Below, in pieces: positions 26,215 to 35,154 of a stretch of DNA of 64,000 nt; position 1 is the stretch's first letter, and every line of letters begins with the position of its first letter. The stretch comes from Terriglobia bacterium. GTDB taxonomy: Bacteria > Acidobacteriota > Terriglobia > 2-12-FULL-54-10. A program made the position numbers and the translations under genes. The stretch spans positions 267,436-331,435 of the forward strand of contig CAXVYR010000002.1 in assembly GCA_963666975.2 (NCBI GenBank), written 5' to 3'. Below the pieces are notes generated by a model. It made no database searches. It was not told the DNA's origin and saw only the letters and a list, made by a program, of their open reading frames with translations.

Positions 26215-27096
26215 ATGGGACTGAGAAATTTCGAGTACATTGAGCCTTCCAGCGTTCATGAGGCCAGCCGGTTTATAGCCGGTCATCCAGAGGAGGCACG
26301 CATCTACGCGGGGGGGACTTCCTTGCTTCTTCTCATGAAGCAGGGTATTGTCCGCCCAGCCTACCTTGTGAATATCAAAAAGATTCCCGGCCTGCGATAC
26401 ATCGAAAACGGGAATTCTACGATTCGGATCGGCAGCCTCACTACCCATCACGACCTGGAGGTTTCGCCCCTCATCAAACGGTTCGTGCCAGCAATCGCTG
26501 AGGTCGAGCCGGAGGTGGCGAACATTCGTGTGCGCAGCACCGGAACAGTGGGCGGAAATCTCGGATTCGGAGAGCCTCTCACGGATCTTCCCCCGATCCT
26601 CATCGCTCTCGATGCCCGAATCAAAGTTGCAGATCAAAACGAAGACCGTGTTATCCCATTGGAACAGCTGTTTGCCGGCTACTATGAAACCACCCTAAAG
26701 CCGAACGAACTCATTACCGAAGTCCAGGTAGATCGCATGGCGCCACACTTTGGCCTCAAGTACATGAGGTTCTCGGTCGGGTCTGATAAGCCGGCCGTCG
26801 GCTGCGCGATCGGAGTGCGGTTGGATCCGCGCACCGGGACGTGCGTGGATGCGCGTTGTGTTTTGGGGTGTGTTGCTCCGACACCCCTTCGGGTCCGGGA
26901 GGCGGAAGAAGTGCTGAAGGGTAAACCGTTTCGCGCTGATCTGGCCGAACAGGCGGCTCGTCTCGCTTCACAGGCCTGCTCCCCTTTGAGTGATCTGCGC
27001 GGATCGGAGCAGTACAAGCGCACCATCGTGGGTGTGCTAATGAGGAGAGCTGTGGGGGAGGCTTTCCGGAGGGCTGAGAGTCAAAGCGCTGACTAG
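26215..27096 (+). CDS. FAD-binding medium subunit of a xanthine-dehydrogenase-family molybdoenzyme (CoxM-like)
   Basis: 'FEYIEPSSVHEA', 'IYAGGTSLLLLMKQG', 'GTVGGNL', C-terminal 'LRGSEQYKR'. Confidence 0.85.
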   Translation: MGLRNFEYIEPSSVHEASRFIAGHPEEARIYAGGTSLLLLMKQGIVRPAYLVNIKKIPGLRYIENGNSTIRIGSLTTHHDLEVSPLIKRFVPAIAEVEPEVANIRVRSTGTVGGNLGFGEPLTDLPPILIALDARIKVADQNEDRVIPLEQLFAGYYETTLKPNELITEVQVDRMAPHFGLKYMRFSVGSDKPAVGCAIGVRLDPRTGTCVDARCVLGCVAPTPLRVREAEEVLKGKPFRADLAEQAARLASQACSPLSDLRGSEQYKRTIVGVLMRRAVGEAFRRAESQSAD

Positions 27097-27103
27097 GTGA
27101 ACG

Positions 27104-27586
27104 ATGAAGCGAGCCATCCAAGTTACCGTCAACGGTGGAGTCCACGAGTTGAGCGTAGAACCGCGGGAGACTCTTTTGGAGATCCTTCGAGGGCCGGTGG
27201 GCTTGACCGGCACCAAATTGGGATGCGATCAGCAAGTGTGTGGATCGTGTACGGTCTTGATGAACGGCCTGCCGGTCAGTTCCTGCTCCGTTCTGGGAGT
27301 GGACGCGGCCGGCAACGAGGTCCTGACCATCGAGGGGTTGGCGACCGATGGAGAATTACACCCCATTCAGAAGGCGTTTATCGAACACGGGGCTTTCCAA
27401 TGCGCATACTGCACTTCCGGTCTGATCCTGGCCGTGAAGGCGCTTCTGGATCAGCTCCCTGCACCGGAGGAAGGCCAAATTCGCCACTTCTTGGCCGGCA
27501 ACATCTGCCGTTGCGGATGTCATTTGGAAATTCTGCAAGCCGTGCGGTCGCTGCTTCAACAGTCGCAGCAGCGGAAGGAGGCTTGA
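27104..27586 (+). CDS. [2Fe-2S] small subunit (CoxS-like)
   Basis: SD AGGTGA. Two cluster motifs: 'CDQQVCGSCTV' and 'CAYCTSG...CRCGC'. Confidence 0.9.
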   Translation: MKRAIQVTVNGGVHELSVEPRETLLEILRGPVGLTGTKLGCDQQVCGSCTVLMNGLPVSSCSVLGVDAAGNEVLTIEGLATDGELHPIQKAFIEHGAFQCAYCTSGLILAVKALLDQLPAPEEGQIRHFLAGNICRCGCHLEILQAVRSLLQQSQQRKEA

Positions 27587-29934
27587 TGGGCAAGTTTTCC
27601 GTGATTGGCCAGTCGGTTCCCCGACTGGAGAGCGAGGAGAAAGTAACCGGCCAGTTGAAATTTCTAGACGATCTCAAGCTTCCCGGACTGCTGTACGGAA
27701 AGATTCTTCGGAGTCCCCATGCCCATGCCAAGATTCTGCATATTGATGCCGGGCAGGCAACAAAGCTTCCCGGGGTCGTTGCCGTTTTGACTCGGGACGA
27801 CGTCATCGGCAATCAGGCCTATGACTCCCATTACGGGCCGATCCTGAAGGACCAGACCATTGTAGCTCTTGACAAGGTCCGTTACGTAGGGGATCCAGTG
27901 GCGGCGGTAGCGGCAACGAGTCCGTACGTGGCTGAGGAAGCTATGGAACTGATCGAAGTCGACTACGACGAATTGCCGGCTGTCTTGGATTCGGAAGAGG
28001 CGCTCGCCGAGAATGCACCGCTCCTTCACGAGAAGATTCAGAAGCCCCGCCAGGGTTTTGCGGATCTGTCCGATGTCGGGCACGTCGAAGGAACCAATAT
28101 CTGCAACCATTTTCACTTGAGCAAGGGAGATGTCGAAAAAGGATTCCGGGAATCGGACCACATTTTTGAGCATGTCTTTACCTCGCCTGCCGCTCAGCAC
28201 GCGGCCCTGGAATCTTTCTCGGCGGTCGCCAGCTTTGACTCGTCTGGACGACTGACCATCTGGTCCACCGTACAAAATCCGTTTGTGATTCGGGACCAGA
28301 TTGCCGAGCTGTTCCATCGGCCACTCTCGAAAGTGCGGGTCATTGCTCTTCACTTAGGCGGGGGCTATGGCTCCAAGCTTTACCCTAAACTGGAGCCTTT
28401 GGTGGCGGCCCTGGCGCACAAGGCAAAACGTCCGGTAGGCGTTACACTGACCCGGGAAGAGGTCTTTCTTACCATTACAAAGCACGCGGCGAAGATCTAC
28501 GTGAAGACAGGAGTATCCAAAAACGGCAGGATCCTGGCCCGTGAGTGCCGGGTTGACCTGGACACAGGGGCGTACGCGGAGATCGGTCCCAGAGTATCGA
28601 AAAAGTCCGGATACACGGCAGCGGGCCCGTATGAAATCCCGAACGTCCTGATTGACTCCTACTTGCTCTATACCAACAAAGTGCCGGCCGGCGCATTTCG
28701 GGGATTCGGAGTGTCACAGTCCAACTGGGCTCATGAATCGCAAATGGACATTATCGCGCGTGCTCTGAAGATGGACCCTCTGGAGTTGAGGCGAAAGAAT
28801 CTGCTGGATGAGGGCGGAGAGTTCGTTACGGGCGAACGTGTTCACAGCGCGGCTATGATGGAATGCCTGAACAAAGCCGCGGCTGCTGTCCGGTGGGGAA
28901 CGCGGTCCGAGCCCGCAAGCAAATCGGCGGCTCGCGGCAAAGGTCTTGCCTGTCTCATTAAAGCAACCATTACTCCTTCCATCTCCTCGGCCCTGGTCCG
29001 CCTGAACGAGGACGGAAGCGCCACCGTCTATGTGGGAACCACCGACATGGGTCAGGGCTCCGACACGGTGATGGCCCAAATCGCGAGCGAAGAGCTGCGC
29101 ATCCCTCTGGATCAAATTGGGGTTGTCCACTCAGATACCGATCTCACTCCATACGATCTGACGACTTCCTCCAGTCGCTCCACGTTCCACATGGGACGAG
29201 CTGTTCAGATGGCCGCCCGAGATGTCAGTGTACAGCTTGCTTGCATGGCGGCCCGGCTGTTCAATGTCGGCCCGGAGGAAGTAGTCTGCGAGAATCAGGG
29301 AGTCAGACCGGGAGACAATAGCGCTCCGAGCCTGAGTTACAATGCCCTCCTCCTCAAAAACTTCGGAATCAAAGGGGCTAATCTGATAGGAAAAGGGACC
29401 GTGAAGACTCGCTCAACGTTGGACAACGGAGAGCATGTAACGTCCGCTTTTTGGTTCGCTGGGGCCGCCGCCGCTGAGGTGGAGGTGGATCGCGACACTG
29501 GGCAGGTCCGTGTAGTGCGGTATGCGATTGCAGCGGATGTCGGGAAAGCACTCAACCCGTTGTTTTGTGAACAACAACTCCGCGGGGGCACAATCACCGG
29601 AATTGGACTGGCTTTAATGGAACAACTTGTTTACCAGGGGGGGTTACTGATCAACCCTAATTTCCTCGATTACAATCTGCCCCGCTTTCTGGATGTTCCG
29701 GAAGAGATTATCCCCATTCTGGTAGAACGGGCTCATCCGGAGGGACCTTTTGGCGCGAAGGGATTAGGCGAAACAGCGCTCATTCCCGCTGCTCCAGCGA
29801 TTGCCAATGCCGTTGAAGATGCCGTAGGCGTCAGGATCACTGAATTGCCGATAACGCCGGAAAGAGTTTTGTCGGCCTTGCAGCAGAAGCAAGAGGAAAA
29901 AGTAAAGAAGTCGACTCTTTCCAGGGTATCGTGA
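27586..29934 (+). CDS. Molybdopterin-binding large subunit, xanthine dehydrogenase / aldehyde oxidase type (not form-I CODH)
   Basis: The start ATG overlaps the small-subunit TGA (tgATG). 'MGKFSVIGQSVPRLESEEKVTG', 'GAFRGFGVSQ', 'GAKGLGETAL'. The ORF-track N-terminal extension from 27097 is rejected. Confidence 0.85.
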   Translation: MGKFSVIGQSVPRLESEEKVTGQLKFLDDLKLPGLLYGKILRSPHAHAKILHIDAGQATKLPGVVAVLTRDDVIGNQAYDSHYGPILKDQTIVALDKVRYVGDPVAAVAATSPYVAEEAMELIEVDYDELPAVLDSEEALAENAPLLHEKIQKPRQGFADLSDVGHVEGTNICNHFHLSKGDVEKGFRESDHIFEHVFTSPAAQHAALESFSAVASFDSSGRLTIWSTVQNPFVIRDQIAELFHRPLSKVRVIALHLGGGYGSKLYPKLEPLVAALAHKAKRPVGVTLTREEVFLTITKHAAKIYVKTGVSKNGRILARECRVDLDTGAYAEIGPRVSKKSGYTAAGPYEIPNVLIDSYLLYTNKVPAGAFRGFGVSQSNWAHESQMDIIARALKMDPLELRRKNLLDEGGEFVTGERVHSAAMMECLNKAAAAVRWGTRSEPASKSAARGKGLACLIKATITPSISSALVRLNEDGSATVYVGTTDMGQGSDTVMAQIASEELRIPLDQIGVVHSDTDLTPYDLTTSSSRSTFHMGRAVQMAARDVSVQLACMAARLFNVGPEEVVCENQGVRPGDNSAPSLSYNALLLKNFGIKGANLIGKGTVKTRSTLDNGEHVTSAFWFAGAAAAEVEVDRDTGQVRVVRYAIAADVGKALNPLFCEQQLRGGTITGIGLALMEQLVYQGGLLINPNFLDYNLPRFLDVPEEIIPILVERAHPEGPFGAKGLGETALIPAAPAIANAVEDAVGVRITELPITPERVLSALQQKQEEKVKKSTLSRVS

Positions 29935-30329
29935 ATAGTGGAAAACGGCGGAAGCAGAAGAGGACTTTTTCTTTCTCAGTATAGACTAGCTTTTTTGCAT
30001 CCTAAGATTGTCCGAACAGAGCCAACAAACCGTTATACTTTGCGGCGCATGTAAGGGTTCCTGGGGCGGTCGGGTCTAACAAATATCCTTATGTCATTTC
30101 CGGTTATTGCCGTGTCAGCCAAAGTAGATGGGGGCCTGGGCACTGCAGATCGCCCTGCCGATCCGGCTCCCCAGAACCGACTCCAATCAGCCCGGCAACA
30201 GGCGCGTCGTGTCAGCACAGCATCAGATTCGGAACACTCTTAAAGCATTATTAGCATCGTGGGAAGGCTTGGCACGGCCGGGCACGCAAGCGGAAAGGGC
30301 GACTCCTCAGGAACGTTACAGGAGAATTT

Positions 30330-31544
30330 ATGGGGCTGGTCAGCGTAAAGTGCTCGGGTAAGGCATTTGAGATTGGAAGAACACACGGACAGTTCCTCAA
30401 GGGTGCGGTTCGCTTCAACACCTCGAATTTCTTGGGAGCATGTTCCAACGCGGGCCTGGACAGGCCCACGCTGATGCGATCGGCGAAACGGCTTGCTCAG
30501 GACTATAGTGACCCGATGCTTGAGGAGGTCCGAGGAATCGCAGAGGGAGCTGATGTGGATGGGGATGAGCTTTTGGCGTTCAACCTCTGCCACAGTTGGG
30601 TCTTTGCGGATGAGTGCACAGTGCTGTTCGCCATGGGTGATGCCACTGCATCCGGCAAGGTTCTTTTTCTCAAGAACAGTGACAAAATCGGCTCCTCCTC
30701 GATGGTGGGTCCGAACTTTTACCAGAACAAAGAAATTAATGTTGTGCTGGTCATCGATCCGAAGGATGGCCCCGGCATCATCGGGGTATCCTCTGCAGGA
30801 TCAGCAGGCCTGAAGATGGGAGTCAGCGACCTGGGCGTTGCGGCCGGAACGAACATTGTCCGCACAAGAGAACTCGGCAAGCGCAAAGTGGATACCACAC
30901 AAATGAGAGCCCTGGACCGTGTCCAGTTGGCACGCGAGGGGCTCCTGAAGTCGAGCGCAATGGAGGCGGCAAACTATGTTGCCGGACGTGTCTCCGAGAG
31001 CCCAACCGCCACACCGGGGAATATTGAATTCGTGGATTCCACAGCCGGAGCCATAGTGGAAGGGTCTTACGATCGAGTGGCTCTTCACGTCGTCAAATCA
31101 GGGATCGCCTCTCGGTCCAACTCATTTGTCGTATTGCGGGAATTGAACGATCCTACCGATGTTTCCAGTTACTGCCGGTACGTTCGGACCCAGCAACTTC
31201 TCTCAGACCGCATCGGCAAGTTAACTCCTGATCTGATGAAGCAGTTCTCTCAAGACCACGCCAATGGTCCGGGTCCCAACTCCATTTGCCGCCACGGAAA
31301 GCACTATGAAGAGGAAACTTCGCAATCGGCCATGGTTGCGGAGTTGGACCGAGAACATCCGCAGCGAACTCGCTTTTGGATCGCGATGGGAAAGCCTTGT
31401 CATGCCTGGCAACGGCCTGCCGGCAGCTTGGAAGGGAAAATGGATCAACTGGACCGAATTCCAGAAGGCTTTCTTAACGGCGACACCTGGAAGCGCTTCC
31501 GATCCGAAGAACCGAATCTTGAGGTAGAACTCCTCAAGGCATGA
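30330..31544 (+). CDS. Peptidase C45 / acyl-CoA:6-APA acyltransferase-like Ntn-hydrolase
   Basis: SD AGGAG. 404 aa. 'GRTHGQ' near the N-terminus. The candidate nucleophile context 'DECTVLFAMGDATASGKVLFLKNSD' resembles the family. Confidence 0.5.
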   Translation: MGLVSVKCSGKAFEIGRTHGQFLKGAVRFNTSNFLGACSNAGLDRPTLMRSAKRLAQDYSDPMLEEVRGIAEGADVDGDELLAFNLCHSWVFADECTVLFAMGDATASGKVLFLKNSDKIGSSSMVGPNFYQNKEINVVLVIDPKDGPGIIGVSSAGSAGLKMGVSDLGVAAGTNIVRTRELGKRKVDTTQMRALDRVQLAREGLLKSSAMEAANYVAGRVSESPTATPGNIEFVDSTAGAIVEGSYDRVALHVVKSGIASRSNSFVVLRELNDPTDVSSYCRYVRTQQLLSDRIGKLTPDLMKQFSQDHANGPGPNSICRHGKHYEEETSQSAMVAELDREHPQRTRFWIAMGKPCHAWQRPAGSLEGKMDQLDRIPEGFLNGDTWKRFRSEEPNLEVELLKA

Positions 31545-31606
31545 AGCTATAACGGCAGCGGTTTTCCTCTACCACCACTCGAGATTGCCAAAGCTTGGGA
31601 GGTCCC

Positions 31607-32887
31607 ATGAACCAGAACACCGAAAGGTCTAAGAAGTTTCTTACCATCGGCCTTCTGTGGAATGCCATGGTGTTCTCCTACATGATTCGGTATGCCCTGG
31701 GCATCGTGGCCCCCACTCTCATGACGCAGTACGACTTTTCGCCGAGCACCATGGGGTTCATTCTCTCCGGATGGAACTGGACGTACGCGGGCGCCCAGTT
31801 GTTGGTAGGACCTCTCGTCGACCGTTTTGGCGTATGGATCGTTATGGGCGTGGGGTCGGGGATCTGGGGACTCTCTACCGTTGCTCTACCGGTCGCCACG
31901 ACGGCTGTTTCTCTGTTCGTAATGCGGGCGATATTCGGCTTGGGGCAGAGCATGCTCATTCCCGCAAACGCGGCTGCGATCTCTCGGCGGTTTGATGTCA
32001 AAGAGCGTGCGAGGGCTATTGCTGTTTCCTTCTCCGGAACCCCGATGGGTCCGGCCATCGGCGCCCCCATCGCCGCGTTTATCCTGGCCGGGTGGGGCTG
32101 GCAAGCCGTGTTCTACTGTCTGGGGGGGGGCAGTTTGCTGCTGACTCTGGCTTGGCTTTGTTTCTATCCGGACAAGCAGGTCGGAAGACAATCGGCGCCG
32201 CTGCCGGATCGCACAAAGGATCGCAGCGAGCAACGCATTCCGTGGATTTCACTGTTCCGGTATCGTTCTACCTGGGGCATGGCTTTCGGCCAGATGGGGT
32301 ATCTCTACGCGTTTTTCTTCTTCGTGAGCTGGCTTCCGGGATATTTGGTCCTGGAGCGAGGGATGACCGTGCTGAGGACCGGAATCGTTGCTTCCCTGCC
32401 GTTCTGGGCCGGGATACTGGGCACACTAGGTGGCGGCTGGCTGGGAGACTATCTGATCCGGCGTGGCTTCAGCGTCACGGCGTCCCGAAAGACCATGATC
32501 GGCAGTGGAATGGTAGCGGCGACGGTCCTGGTGATTACGGCGGCGTTCGTTGAACAGACTTGGCTGGCCGTTACACTTCTCACATTCTCGGTAGGCTGCC
32601 TGCGGCTGACGACCGGTTCGGTGAATTCGATTGCGATTGACCTGGCGCCCCGATCAATGGTTGGCTCGCTTACATCGGTCCAGAATTTCTTTGGGAACAC
32701 CGGAGGTCTCCTGGCGCCCATCGTCACAGGTTTCATAGTGGAGGCGACCGGGTCGTTTGTGGGAGCCCTGGTTGCTGCCGGTGGAATGGCATTATTCAGC
32801 GGCATCTGCTACGTCTTTGTCCTGGGGAAGGTAGAGACTCTTCAGGGGAGGTTCACGACCTCCACTCCGGAGGTCCAATCCGCATAG
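31607..32887 (+). CDS. MFS transporter (anion:cation symporter-like)
   Basis: Start at ATG 31607 (SD GGGAGG). About 12 hydrophobic helices. 'LVGPLVDRFG' is an MFS loop 2-3 type motif. Confidence 0.85.
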   Translation: MNQNTERSKKFLTIGLLWNAMVFSYMIRYALGIVAPTLMTQYDFSPSTMGFILSGWNWTYAGAQLLVGPLVDRFGVWIVMGVGSGIWGLSTVALPVATTAVSLFVMRAIFGLGQSMLIPANAAAISRRFDVKERARAIAVSFSGTPMGPAIGAPIAAFILAGWGWQAVFYCLGGGSLLLTLAWLCFYPDKQVGRQSAPLPDRTKDRSEQRIPWISLFRYRSTWGMAFGQMGYLYAFFFFVSWLPGYLVLERGMTVLRTGIVASLPFWAGILGTLGGGWLGDYLIRRGFSVTASRKTMIGSGMVAATVLVITAAFVEQTWLAVTLLTFSVGCLRLTTGSVNSIAIDLAPRSMVGSLTSVQNFFGNTGGLLAPIVTGFIVEATGSFVGALVAAGGMALFSGICYVFVLGKVETLQGRFTTSTPEVQSA

Positions 32888-33012
32888 TCTCTGTAGAAAA
32901 GCATAGCGAAGAACGGCTTGGAGCCAGCTTCCCTCGGGTGAAGAACTCTCCCAAACTCCGATGTCTGTCTGGAAATGGATACAGGAAGGGTTAATTAACG
33001 AACTGCCAGACC

Positions 33013-34374
33013 CTAGACGTAATCGACCGCTTCTACTCCGGGAACTCGAACCTTGGCGAACTTCTCATTGTTCCGCAAGGGTTTTGTTGCATCGATCCCC
33101 CAGCAGGCCGACGTCCGCGGCTCTGGAACCGACGGATCCAAGGTCGAACACGTCAGCCGCGAAACAATAATAATGTCCCGGTCCGGTTGCATTCGAGTAC
33201 TCAAGGCCCACTCCACTTCCACTGGGCTGCGCACGTTGATGTCGTCGTCCACTACAATGACATGCTTTATTCCGATCCCGCTGGCTAGTAAGGCGAGGAT
33301 GATATTACGCGCTTCCGCTTCGTGTCGTTTCCGGAAAGAAACCACGACGTGATGGCGGAAACTGCCTCCCGGCGTAACATAAACATCACGAACCTCCGGC
33401 GCCACCCTTTGTACATCCTGCCGAATCCGAGTCGTGTTGGGAAGTTCAATGAGGACATGATTTTCGGTGACGGGAAATCCGGTCAAGCACGTATGGTAAA
33501 TCGGGTCGAGCCGCATGGTGATTGCCGTGACCTCAAGCACCGGGGCCTGCTTCGCTTCACTGTAGCAGCCCGGGTATTCCGCGAAGGGCCCGTCTCCGAC
33601 CCGCTCTCCCGGAACCGTGACACCCTCGATGACGATTTCCGCGTCTGCCGGCACCCACAAAGGAATCGTCTTGCAAGCCACCAGAGCAATCGGCTCTCCC
33701 TTCATGCCCCCCGCAATGTGCATTTCATCGATGCCGTACGGCGCCTTCACCTGCGATGCGATCACGATTCGCGGATCCGCGCCGATGATCGTGGCGATTG
33801 GAAGGCCGTGCCCCTGTTCCTCGGCCTTCAGGATCATGCGTCCCAGGTGGTGATCGGGAGGAGCCCAAACCGTCAGGCGCTGCTTGTCCAAGACCAGCAT
33901 GCGATGGATGCTAACGTTTCCTGACCCATCGTCGGGATCAGCCGCAGTTTGTACACCAATCGTGATGTAGGCTCCAGCGTCCAGTTCAGAGTGGACAACG
34001 ATTGGGAGCTGATGCAAGTCCACGTTGTCACCGGTCTTGACTACTTCTTGAACGGCGCCGCCGGAAACCCGCTCAGGCGGAATGAGCTTTTGCTCAAGAC
34101 GTTCATAGTGGTCCAACATCTCTTTTTCAGAGACGCTCAGGGCCAGCGCCAGCAATTTGCGAGTGGCAAACACGCCCGCTGCTACGCGCCAGCCAGGGTA
34201 ATTCCGGATGTTCTCGTACAGGAGAGCAGGGCCATCGATGTCAGACACCTTGCGGATACCCGCCGCTATTTCGAAACGAGTGTCAATTTCCCTTTGAACC
34301 CGCACCAACTTGCCATTCTTCTCGAGTAAATTCAGAAAATCACGAAAATCCCGATACATGGTTGTCTCTATCAT
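33013..34374 (-). CDS. UbiD-family (prFMN-dependent) decarboxylase
   Basis: SD GAGGAG. 'YRDFRDFLNLLEKNGKLVRVQREID', 453 aa, UbiD-like throughout. Confidence 0.85.
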   Translation of the reverse strand: MIETTMYRDFRDFLNLLEKNGKLVRVQREIDTRFEIAAGIRKVSDIDGPALLYENIRNYPGWRVAAGVFATRKLLALALSVSEKEMLDHYERLEQKLIPPERVSGGAVQEVVKTGDNVDLHQLPIVVHSELDAGAYITIGVQTAADPDDGSGNVSIHRMLVLDKQRLTVWAPPDHHLGRMILKAEEQGHGLPIATIIGADPRIVIASQVKAPYGIDEMHIAGGMKGEPIALVACKTIPLWVPADAEIVIEGVTVPGERVGDGPFAEYPGCYSEAKQAPVLEVTAITMRLDPIYHTCLTGFPVTENHVLIELPNTTRIRQDVQRVAPEVRDVYVTPGGSFRHHVVVSFRKRHEAEARNIILALLASGIGIKHVIVVDDDINVRSPVEVEWALSTRMQPDRDIIIVSRLTCSTLDPSVPEPRTSACWGIDATKPLRNNEKFAKVRVPGVEAVDYV

Positions 34375-34595
34375 AGCTCCTCAGCGAGGTTGCAGGCTAA
34401 CACCGTTGGTTAAAACCCCTCGTCAGGCAGTCGGCATAACGAGAATTCCCAATGGGGTATTTCCAAAGCAAAATTGCTCACTGACTTTCATCTGAGCGGG
34501 TACGAACCATATCCCTCATCCCGCACAATCAATTAGCGTTGAACGAAGATGGATGAGTATATCCCGGAATACCGGGCAGTATATAGAATTTAAGC

Positions 34596-34901
34596 ATGAA
34601 AATGTCATTCCAGTTCGGACGGATCCGCTACGCCTGGGTGGTTGTGGCTGCCGTGACTGTGGTCTTGATGTTCGGATCGGGCATCCGGGCATCTTTGGGC
34701 GTCTTCATCAAACCGATTGAGGAGGAATTTGGTTGGGATCGGGTCTCGTTGTCAACGGTTGCTGCGCTTTCCTTGTTTCTACATGGAGCGGTTGGCCCTC
34801 TGGTGGGGCGGCTGGCGGATCGGTGGGGACCCGGAGGAGTCTTCCTGGCGGCGATCCTTTTGGGCCCGGGGACTCTAGCCGTCATCACTAGACCTGCCTG
34901 A
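34596..34901 (+). pseudogene. N-terminal ~100-aa fragment of an MFS (oxalate/formate antiporter-like) transporter
   Basis: 'GIRASLGVFIKPIEEEFGW...LVGRLADRWGP', then a premature end after about 3 helices. No continuation in any frame. Confidence 0.6.
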
Positions 34902-34971
34902 ACCAATTGCTTTCCCCTCTCCCCTCGTGTAATCTTTTCACATTATTTTCAATTATTGGCGGGAGTAATCC

Positions 34972-35049
34972 GTGCCCATATCCCCAGGTGCCCGTTTTGG
35001 CTCGTACGAGGTCCTCGGCCCGTTAGGTGCGGGTGGCATGGGAGAGGTG
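34972..35049 (+). pseudogene. N-terminal 26-codon remnant of a Ser/Thr protein kinase
   Basis: 'VPISPGARFGSYEVLGPLGAGGMGEV' is the typical kinase start plus the Gly-rich loop. Homology stops right after GEV. Confidence 0.5.
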
Positions 35050-35154
35050 CCGGTCGCATTAACCGGTCTGCGGGTCCTATTACCGCCCATCGAACGACAA
35101 CGCCAATTGCTGAAACGTTGCCCAGGCTCATGGGGCCTTCGGAGAGGTGCATCA

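Noticed and set aside
27097-27585. N-terminal 163-codon extension of the molybdoenzyme large-subunit ORF (ORF track 27097..29934).
   Set aside because: It overlaps the well-supported 2Fe-2S subunit gene in another frame. Homology-like sequence starts only at 'MGKFSVIGQ', whose ATG overlaps the small-subunit stop.
25627-29934. Calling the CoxG/M/S/L-like cluster an aerobic carbon-monoxide dehydrogenase.
   Set aside because: The large subunit shows 'GAFRGFG', the xanthine dehydrogenase / aldehyde oxidase type. It lacks the CODH active-site loop AYxCSFR (form I) and its AYRGAGR variant. No coxD/E/F-like genes are present.
30270-30287. Sigma-54-like promoter 'TGGCACggccgGGCAcg' about 45 nt upstream of the C45 hydrolase gene.
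   Set aside because: The GG-to-GC spacing is 9 instead of the strict 10 nt, and the -12 element is GGCA rather than TTGC. There is no enhancer-binding-protein gene nearby.
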